From Chiloscyllium plagiosum (taxonomy: Eukaryota), in assembly GCF_004010195.1 (NCBI RefSeq), contig NC_057718.1, forward strand, positions 40,420,712 to 40,459,084: a DNA stretch of 38,373 nt. The letters are read 5' to 3'. A program made the translations under genes and the position numbers. The notes under the pieces are model-generated. The model saw nothing but the letters and a program-made list of their open reading frames with translations, was not told the origin of the DNA and did no database searches. Positions within the stretch are counted from its first letter, which is position 1. Each line of letters starts with the position of its first letter. This document shows positions 12,391 to 20,851 of the stretch, piece after piece.

Positions 12391-12660
12391 AGACTCATTC
12401 TCTGAGCATTCTGTCTAGTATCTCTTGAATAGGTTGTCTAACTAGTGGGATCACATGAACTTCAGTTATGCAACCTTTTGAATGAGGGATCACCGGAATT
12501 TATGTGGTCGAGAGTATTATCAGCAGTGAGCAATTTTAGTTAACAGTTGAACTTTTGCTGTTAAGAGCTTCCCTTCCCTTACCTGTGTTATAAACCATAC
12601 TTTAGCCACGATGGCTAAGAACTGTTTATCTCACAGCCCCACAGAGGAGTGAATGTATTT

Positions 12661-13321
12661 AGAGTCATAAAGTCATAGAGATACACAGCACAGAAACAGA
12701 TGTTTGGGTCCAACTTGTCCATGCCAACCAGATATCCTAAATAAATCTAGTTCCATTTCCCAGCATTTGGCTCATTTCCCTCCAAACCCTTCCTATTCAT
12801 ATACCCATCCAGGTGCCTTTTTAATGTTGTAATGGTACCAGCTTCCATCACTTCTGGCAGATCATTCTACACACACCACCCTCTGGATGAAAATGTTGCC
12901 TTTTAGGTCACTTTTAAATGTTTCCCCACTCACCTTAAACCTATGCCCTCTAGTTCTGGACTCCCCCACCCCAGGGAAAAGACTTTATCTATTTACCCTA
13001 TCTATGCCTCTCATGATTTTATAAACCTCTATAAGGTCACCCCTCTGCCTCCAATGCTCCAGGGAAACCAGCCCCAACCATTCAGCCTCTTCCTGTAGCT
13101 CAAATGCTCCAATCCTGGCAACATCCTTGTAAATCTTTTCTGAATCCTTTCAAGTTTCACCACATCTTTCCTATAGCAGGGAGACCAGAATTGAATACAA
13201 TATTCCAACAATGGCCTAACCAATGTCCTATACAGCTGCAACATGCCATCCCAAATTCTGTGCTCGATGCACTGACCAATAAAGGCAAGTGTACTGCAGG
13301 CCTTCTTCACTATCCTATCTA
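12661..13321 (-). mobile_element. CR1 (HER1-like) LINE, 5'-truncated 3' fragment
   Basis: ORF 13029-13310 gives LYRTLVRPLLEYCIQFWSPCYRKDVVKLERIQKRFTRMLPG. The (tctatgac)-type tail is at 12661-12680. Highly similar to 35925-36558. Confidence 0.95.
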
Positions 13322-13482
13322 CTGTGTTTGTTTATTTAAATGTCTTTTAAGGAGCCCCAAAACAAAGAATTTGGACAAATTTTTCCATCTTCCTTCAACA
13401 CCTCAGGGTGTCACATTTAATTGGAACTATATTTATACAGGAAGCCCAACTCTGACTGGGAATAAATCTCCAAAACTCTGAG

Positions 13483-13715
13483 GGAGGAAGTGGGTTCGCT
13501 CAGTTGGTTAGACAGCTGGTTTGCAAGTCAGAGTGATGCCAGCAATGTGGGTTTAATTCCTGTACTGGCTGATGTCACCATGAAGGTCCCGCTGCCTCAA
13601 CCTTGCCCCTCAGCTGAGGTGTTGGGGAGCTCTCAGGTTAAATTCACCACTGTCTCTCTCTCTCTCTCTCTCTAATGAGGAAAGCTGGCTGAGTGGGACT
13701 ATGATACCTTTACCT
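13483..13715 (+). mobile_element. tRNA-derived SINE
   Basis: A-box-like cgctcagttggttag and B-box-like gggtttaattcc, with a body containing a (CT)n tract and ending ctttacct. Confidence 0.6.
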
Positions 13716-14488
13716 CAAAAAATCGGATTGTGAATTAAACCCTGAGAGAACAAATTCAACCTCATTCTGTCTGTTTTCTGGATCTAAAACAAGGTAAGTT
13801 CTTATCAAAATTGGACAGTAGTAACCTGTTTCTGCTGTGGACCTCAGGTTTGGCAGTTGCTATATTGGGAAGCTTCTGAAATACCACCTTTCCGAAATAG
13901 CTCCTGGGCTAGTTTTATTTTGAAAATCTGAGACACATGTTGATTGCAGTACTATACTTGGAAAACTGGAAAATAAATGGGAAAGAGGTTGACTCATACA
14001 ATTTCCACCCTATCGTACCAGGTTTATAGAGCCTTTAAAAAAAGCTGCTGAAAAGTAATAAAAGTGACCACGAAACTGAAAATATGGCCAAGAGTGAAGG
14101 AGCAGAGTGTTCCATTAAACAAAAGCCCTGCCTTTTGCTCCTCATACAGATATTCCCCCAACTTAGAAACAAATCACCCTCTGCTTACAGGTCCTACTTA
14201 AGAGGGGAACCTTCATCACAACCATCCCAAACCGTGATGGAGGGAAGGGCTGCTTTCCTGAGACTCTACTTCACCGCACTGGCTTCAAGAAGAGAATCTC
14301 GGTTGCTGAGTTTGGAACAGGTTTGAATTTCTGATGACTGGCCTAACTCACAGCTCTGACCCTGATTCACATTCCTGCTCTGCGGCTTACCAAGAGGGAA
14401 TACTTTGCAGTTAAGGAGGGAACTTTCAACAATATCGCCATATGATTACCACTGAAACATCAGAATGAGCTTTCGACTGGAGCAGAAG

Positions 14489-15318
14489 TGTGAAGGACAA
14501 TTTATAACATTAAGTTAAATTATGTTTTGCATTTTGTGTTAAAGTGGGGAAGATGTGAATAGTCATTTTTACAGTTCATTTGGGAGGTTGTGGCTGAGGT
14601 GTCAAGAGGCTTGGCAGTCTGTTTGACTGTATGCATTTTAATAAGGTTTCACTTGAAGAGCTGGGGTGTTAATGGTTCAGTGCATTATTGAAAACAAGGT
14701 GGAAGAGGAAAAAGAAATAAATGCTATGCTCTTGTTTAGTGCCACACATCCAAAAAAACAGAATAATCCAGAAAGTCAGCCGGGCAGTGTGAGTCAATTT
14801 GACCTGGACAGCTGAGCTTGGGAGCTCATTCCAGTTTGCTCTATAGTTAAAAAAGTAAGAGTGAGTTTAGTTTGCACATTGTCTTGGGGATAGCCACCAG
14901 ATGAAAGGAAGATCATCTTGTGAATGCACAGAAATTTGCCGAAAGGAAACTGGTTGCAGCTGCCCCAGCCTAATTTTGAGCAAAGTGGACTTAGCAAACA
15001 GAATTAGTACAGTAATGGTGCATCTTTACTCAGGTTTTGGGTGTTTGAAAGGGCCTTCCTGGGGTAAAAGTGGTCATGTGAGTTTGAATCTTTATCTCTT
15101 GCCTGTAATGAAACCTTTCTATCATTTCCTTTTGCATAGTGCAATATAATTCATTTTTTTTCTTCTTTAATAAGCATTTTAATGTCATGTTAAAAGTAGA
15201 ATTACAGCCTCTTGAGTAACTGACCTCCATGGCTTATTAAAAACAAAGCTGGATCTAACAAATCAGATTTCCTTCCAGGAACTGCCTTGTCAGCTATGAA
15301 TATCAATTGGGATCATCA
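14489..15318 (+). mobile_element. Possible decayed solo LTR
   Basis: Starts TG and ends gggatcatCA, with internal tataat and aataag signals. No TSD is recognisable, so this is a pattern impression only. Confidence 0.3.
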
Positions 15319-15782
15319 TGGAATATGCTGAAAGGCCTCAGGGGCTATTTTATCTAAAAGCCTCAACCGAGACTGAAACCTTTAGCAACTGACATGAATT
15401 CTGGGTAAACCAAAATGGAGGATGGGAAAAATTTCTGCCTGTAACAGCTGCTCCTTTTTTGAGGTGATTTCCTCGAATTCCAGTGCAGTAATTACTGTTT
15501 TATATGCTGTTGGATTGTTTTGGAACTTTGGAAAAAAAAAGTCAAAACAACAGCAGTTTTAAAAGGGAGAAGAACAGACAAAGGAAGCACATGGTGAAAT
15601 CAGTGCAGGAGAGAGAGAGAGAGAGAAACTGACACCACAGTGTACCTACACAGTTACTGCCTTTGCATCTAAGAAAATTAACAAACAGTTAATAGACAGT
15701 GAAATTCACAACTATCTTGGAGGAACTATTTGGGTGAAGGTCACAGCACAGAAACAGGTAAGTGAATTGTTTTTAAGTGTGG

Positions 15783-15914
15783 AGAAAGTGAGGTCTGCAG
15801 ATGCTGGAGATCAAAGTTGAAACTTTATTGCTGGAACAGCACAGCAGGTCAGGCAGCATCCAGGGAACAGGAGATTCGACGTTTCGGGCACAGGCCCTTC
15901 TTCAGGAATCAGCT
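15783..15914 (-). mobile_element. 132 bp hammerhead-bearing PLE-type insertion with perfect 16 bp TSD
   Basis: ttgtttttaagtgtgg is duplicated at 15767-15782 and 15915-15930. The paralogous CR1 at ~32515-32530 has a single copy of this site (empty site). Confidence 0.9.
15873..15910 (-). ncRNA. Minimal type I hammerhead ribozyme (predicted)
   Basis: Minus strand: GAUUC-CUGAAGA-A-GGGC-CUGU-GCCC-GAAA-CGUC-GAAUC. Stem I GAUUC/GAAUC and stem II GGGC/GCCC pair perfectly, and palindromic ACGU replaces stem III. Predicted cleavage is after GUC, between 15878 and 15877. Confidence 0.75.
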
Positions 15915-16197
15915 TTGTTTTTAAGTGTGGCCTACAGAAAGTTTGCAGTAGTGAGTAGAGTGGGTTCTTTCTTGATTATGTGTATGGAATGAGCTGCCAG
16001 AGGTAGTGGTGGAGGCTGGTACAATTGCAACATTTTAAGGCATTTGGATGGGTATATGAATAGGAAGAGTTTGGAGGGATATGGGGCGGGTTCTGGCAGG
16101 TGGGACTAGATTGGGTTGGGATATCTGGTTGGCATAGACGGGTTGAACCGAAGGGTCTGTTTCTGTGCTGTACATCTCTGTGACTCCAAGACTATGA

Positions 16198-16858
16198 CAA
16201 CTGAGGGATTGGGCCACAACGCAGGCAAAATGGTCTGCTGGTATTTGTATTTCAAAAGGAATGGAATATAAAAGTAGGGAACTTTCACTAAAACCAAACA
16301 AAGCACTAGTCAGATCACATTCTGGAAAGTGTGGGCCCCTTATGGTAAAGAAAAATATATTGACATTGCAGGTGGTCCAGAGAATGTTTACTAGGCTGAC
16401 ACCAGGTATAGAGGGATTGACTTACAATGAGAGGTTAAATAGGTTGTGCCTGTACTCAAGGGAATATAGAAGAATGACAGGCAACCTTGGTGCAACATGC
16501 AAAATTCTTTTGGACTTGACAGGGTAGATGTGGAGAGATTGTTTCCCCTTCTGTAAAGTTTAGGAGCAGAGGGCATAATCTTAAAATAAGGGGGTCACAC
16601 ATTTAAGACAAAGATGAGGAGGAATTTCTTCTGAGGGCAGTGAATCTGTGGAGTTCTTTCCCACTGAGGGCTGTTGAGGCTGGATCATTAAGTATATTCG
16701 GATGAGAAACACAGATTTTTAATCAGTAAGAGAATTAAAGGTTTTGAGGAAAAGGCAGGACAGCAAAGCTGAGGATTATCAAATCGGTCATGATCTCATT
16801 AAATTGCGCAGCAGATCCGATGGGCTGAAAGGTCTGCCTCTGCTCTCATGTTTTATGA
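16198..16858 (+). mobile_element. CR1 LINE 3' fragment (another subfamily)
   Basis: ORF 16261-16527 gives KALVRSH..LQVVQRMFTRLTPGIEGLTYNERLNRLCLYSREYRRM, followed by a CR1 3' UTR. Confidence 0.9.
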
Positions 16859-17844
16859 TAAGGAAGGGGCAGACAGTATTGGTGGTGGCAGATTTGATCT
16901 GAAGGAGGGAAGCTAAGGCTGGGCGGGGTAAGCAGTGTAAACTGTCCCCTGTTGTTTCAATAAACAATCCACCCAACTGAGAGCAGGGTAGCAAAGGAAA
17001 ATCCAGGCTGAAATATCTTTGTGGAAAAGCATTCAGTCTTAAATTGGTTATAAATTGAAAATGGCAGAGATTTGGCTGGAGCTTTTCTCAAAAGAAATAC
17101 AGAGTAGTCATTAGAGAATTATGCCAGTAACATCTGCAAGAGTTTTCTGATCTCCCGCCATAAATTTTGCAGAAGATCAACTGAAACCCTCGAGAACCTC
17201 CAGAGTTTCTGCCAATCTCCCACCAACAATAAGGCCAGAGATCAGGGAACCCTCAAGGAAATTCTACCCTTCACTATCACTCAGTGAAATGCTTTGGGCC
17301 TCAGTTATGTGTCTGTTGCTATTTTGTTACATATAAGTTTTTCTCACTGATCTGGATTTTGAAACACAAGACAAAATATTTATGATACCAAAGTATGAGA
17401 TACAGCAGAATTGGAGGATGCACCACTGAAAATACAGAATTCCCTGGGCAAGACAAACACGGGCAGGACATTAGCAGATCGAATTTGATGCAAACAGTTG
17501 TGAGGGAAGACAGAGGAAGGAAAATAGGTAGCATGTTAACTTCATGAACAGTTTCGATTTCAATCTCCCAGCCTCATTCGATTTCCAGCAGCCTACCTCT
17601 GATCGGTTACAGGTGGAGAGTGACCAGGAAGCAGATCTGGAGGTTGCATTCTGACAATTATGTGGTAGGATTGGCGAATATGTCATCTCATCTTGTAGCA
17701 GGGTGCTAGATAGATTAGGATGACGAGGCTTTCCTTTGCTGAAATACTGCTTATCCTGGTCTCTCAAGGAATTCAGGCCGGAAGATGTTATAGTCCATTT
17801 GCGGGTAGATTTCGGTAAATTATCTTTCACATTTTTCACATAAG

Positions 17845-18063
17845 GAACAGACACAACTTTTTCACACAGAGGGTGGTCCATATGTGGAATGAACTATCCG
17901 AAGAAGTTTTAGAGGTGGACATTTGAAAGACATTTAGGCAGATGCATGAATAGGAAAGGCTTAGAGAGATAGAGACCAAATGCAGGCAAATGCGACTATT
18001 TAAATTTGGGATATCTGGTTGTCATGGATGAGTTGGACTGAAGGATCTGTTTCTGTGCTGTAT
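17845..18063 (+). mobile_element. CR1 3' end fragment
   Basis: caactttttcacacagagggtggtccatatgtggaatgaact..gaaggatctgtttctgtgctgta is homologous to 36323-36542. Confidence 0.9.
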
Positions 18064-18476
18064 CAGGTAAAATAGCTTAGAATTATTGAATAAATAATTA
18101 AATGCTACAGTTAAGGCAGGGAGGGAACCTTCAGAGTTCTATGTATTACATCTGAGATGTGTTAAATCGTCTTCCTCATCTGTGAGTCGTTGCTGGAAGA
18201 ACTGTATAAAATGTTGCAAGAATAGACACAGTGCACTACTAGTCGCATTATACTGCTTTTCTGCACTGCCCTGACAATGTACTTTACCATAACATCAAAA
18301 TCAACACTCTCTAAATCAAATCATTTTTATTTCTCTACAGTGTATACAGAAAAATTACGGTGACTCAATGTTGAATGACTATTTCAAGCTAGACAAATTT
18401 GTCAGCAATTCCCACCAGAAGGATAGCAGATAAGACAGAATTTGGCTGTGTTAACCCCAGATTAGATCATTTGTCT

Positions 18477-18516
18477 AAACTTATCATCTGACCACATCTG
18501 GTCAGATGATAAGTTT
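18477..18516. repeat. Perfect 18 bp inverted repeat with 4 nt loop
   Basis: aaacttatcatctgacca-catc-tggtcagatgataagttt. Confidence 0.95.
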
Positions 18517-18517
18517 T

Positions 18518-18872
18518 GGGGCAACATGGTGGCTCAGCGGTTAGCACGTTCCTTACAGCGCCAGGGATCCGGGTTAAATTCCAGCCTCGGGCGACTGTCT
18601 GTGTGGAGTTTGCACATTCCCCCCGTGTCTGCGTAGGTTTCCTCCAGGTGCGCCGGTTTTCTCCTGTTATCCAAAGAAGTGCAGGTCAGGTGAATTGGCC
18701 ATGCTAAATTGGCCATGCTAAAGTGTTCAGGGATGTGTTGGTTTGGGGCATTAGTCGGGGAAAATGTAGAGTAATAGGGTAGGGAAATGGGTATGGGTAG
18801 GTTACTCTTCGAAGGGTCAGTGTGGACTTGTTGGGTTGAAGGGCCTGTTTCTACACTGTAGAGATTCTATGA
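18518..18872 (+). mobile_element. HE1-type tRNA-derived SINE
   Basis: A box (tggctcagcggtt), B box (gggttaaattcc), central tgtgtggagtttgcacatt.c.cc.gtgtctgcg domain and a CR1-like 3' end (gaagggcctgtttctacactgta..attctatga). Contains an internal 14 bp tandem duplication of aattggccatgcta. Confidence 0.92.
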
Positions 18873-19507
18873 CCCATAGAGCAGAGTTAGACCATACTGA
18901 TGTGCAAAATCATTGAACATGGGACAAGCCATCGTTTGATATCAAGATCTCTTTGTGTACAGACATGCAACACCTGCATATGTATCTAAACTTGTGAGAA
19001 AGTTGAAAGTTGATTGAACAGGAGGTGAATTTGATAGAGCAAGTGGAAAACTATGACAAGAAGTGTGGAAATTGAACTTCGTGAATGATTCCACCATTCA
19101 GTTTGTCAACCATTCTGAAACATAAGGCAAACATTTTGGAACAGTTCAACCAGCAAAAAAGAGGATGAGAAATGGCTGTCTAACTTGATGTTCAAGAAGC
19201 TCCACTACTTTGGTTCAAGGCAGCCAGAGAATGATCCCACTTCCAGTCCAATCCTGCAGGAAAGTGGGAGTTGTCTTGGCACAGAAGCTGGGCAACAAGG
19301 AATTCACCTGCAGCAACAGACATCTGAGCTATTTGAAGAAACGGCTCAGCACCGCCTTCCAAATAATAAGTGGTAATTATTGAAGCAATGACACATGAAC
19401 AACTCCAAAACGGTCTCGTCTACATCCTGAATGGACATACTCCAAGAGAGAGTGGACCTGTGGTGCAATGATAATGTGTCTGACTCTAATTATAATGTTA
19501 TACATAA

Positions 19508-19618
19508 GGGAGTCTTGTGGTGCAGTGGTAGTGTCCCTACACTGAGTCAGAAGGCTTCAGTTTAAGTTCCATCTGTTTCAGAGGTGTGCCATAACACATC
19601 TGAGTGGGTTGATTAAAT
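19508..19618 (+). mobile_element. Short tRNA-headed SINE nested in the transposase (preceded by a second partial head at ~19452-19487)
   Basis: gggagtcttgtggtgcagtggtagtgtcc (A-box-like) and a degenerate B box. It interrupts the transposase between ..ILNGHTPRE and ..SDEAVLF. Confidence 0.55.
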
Positions 19619-20037
19619 ATAAATCAAAATGAAGAAACTTTTAAAATCAGATGAAGCAGTTCTGTTTAACCATCTTTTTGCCAGATCACTCTTTTTTGAT
19701 TAGGGATGAAATGTTTAACGGTGGAAAGCACAATAAGGAATGTGTCATGGTTCTGACTGGTGTTAACATGGATGGCGTCGAGAAACAGACGTGCCTCGTA
19801 CTAGGAATATCTGGGAAGCCAGGATGCCTCAGAAATGTCAAGAAATATCCATGTGTGCTTTGCGAATAAGGTCACCTGGAACACTTGCACCATTTTTTGA
19901 GGCATAGATCAGGAAAGTGGATGAACTGTTTCAACAAAAGCAAAGATTTTTGTCATCATTGCAGACAATTTTCCTGTGCATCTTAATACTACTGCTTTTG
20001 AACATCAAGCTGATCCTCTTGCCTCCTAACATTACGT

Positions 20038-20170
20038 CTGGCAGCATCCGAGGAGCAGGAGAACCAAGGTTTCGACTCTCCTGCTCCTCGCTTGCTGCCT
20101 GACCTGCTGTGCTTTTCCAGCGCAACATTTTTCAATTCTAATCTCTAGCAGTTGCAGTCCTCACTTTCTC
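20038..20170 (+). mobile_element. PLE-type short repeat with 5' inverted segment, nested in the transposase
   Basis: ggcagcatccgaggagcaggaga is followed by its near-perfect inverse tctcctgctcctcgcttgctgcc. Ends gcagtcctcactttctc like the other copies. Imperfect flanking repeat ctcctaacatt (20023-20033) / ctcctaatatt (20168-20178). Confidence 0.8.
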
Positions 20171-20356
20171 CTAATATTGAGGCCAAGCTAATGGATCAGA
20201 GGAATTAGGAACCTAAACACTCATTATTGAAGATACCTGATCTGTTATTGAGACCATCGATAAGAAACAAGAGTACAACCCAACCGTTCTTGCAGCCATC
20301 ATCATGATGCAGACAGTGGTGAAAGCCAACATTGCCAACTGCTTCCACAGCACTGT

Positions 20357-20672
20357 GGGCGGCACGGTGGCACAGTGGTTAGCACTGCTGCCTCACAGCA
20401 CCAGAGACCCGGGTTCAATTCCCGCCTCAGGCAACTCTCTGTGTGGAGTTTGCACATTCTCCCTGTGTCTGCGGGGGTTTCCTCCGGGTGCTCCGGTTTC
20501 CTCCCACAGTCCAAAAATGTGCAGGTTAGGTGAATTGCCCGTAGTGAAGGGGTAAATGTAGGAGATGGGTCTGGGTGGGTTACGCTTCGGCAGGTCGGTG
20601 TGGACTTGTTGGGCCAAAGGGCCTGTTTCCATACTGTAAGTAATCTAAAAAAAAAAGTAATCTAATCTAATC
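20357..20672 (+). mobile_element. HE1-type tRNA-derived SINE, relatively young
   Basis: gggcggcacggtggcacagtggttagc (A box), gggttcaattccc (B box), HE1 central domain and (taatc)n tail. Many CpGs are retained. TSD agcactg at 20349-20355 and 20676-20682. Confidence 0.95.
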
Positions 20673-20726
20673 AAAAGCACTGATTCAATCAAGTTCTGAG
20701 TGCACTGGACACTGAGACTGAGGGGG

Positions 20727-20851
20727 CTGATGAAGGGCTCTTGCCAGAAACGTCGATTCTCCTGCTCTTCGAGTGCTGCCTTACCCTCTGTGCTTTTCCA
20801 GCACCACACTCTCGACTCTGATCTCCACCATCTGCAGTCCTCACTTTCTCT
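20727..20851 (+). mobile_element. 125 bp hammerhead-bearing PLE-type insertion with 8 bp TSD
   Basis: Starts exactly at CTGATGA-A-GGGC-tctt-GCCA-GAAA-CGTC and ends cctcactttctct. tgaggggg is duplicated at 20719-20726 and 20852-20859. Confidence 0.85.

Larger units (their letters stand above)
15402..16197 (+). mobile_element. Internally deleted CR1: 5' UTR fused to 3' end (non-autonomous derivative)
   Basis: 15402-15980 aligns with 32081-32565 (tgggtaa.ccaa.at.gaggatggga; gtcaaaacaacagcagttttaaa; (GA)n; aggtcacagcacagaa). 15981-16197 aligns with 36350-36558 (tgtatggaatgagctgccagagg..gctgtacatctct.tgactc). Confidence 0.9.

Noticed and set aside
12602..12618. ttagcca-cga-tggctaa palindrome beside a minus-strand donor-like site
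   Set aside because: A 7 bp stem is unremarkable and the matching acceptor is poor.
17540..17700. MNSFDFNLPASFDFQQP resembling a Gypsy gag N-terminus
   Set aside because: Too short and decayed, with no pol remnants or paired LTRs recognised.
20357..20430. tRNA-like sequence with A and B boxes
   Set aside because: It is a SINE head that continues into the HE1 body and tail, not a tRNA gene.
20302..20632. ORFs such as MDCGRKPEHPEETPADTGRMCKLHT (also 18516-18716)
   Set aside because: They are reading frames through HE1 SINE sequence, not genes.
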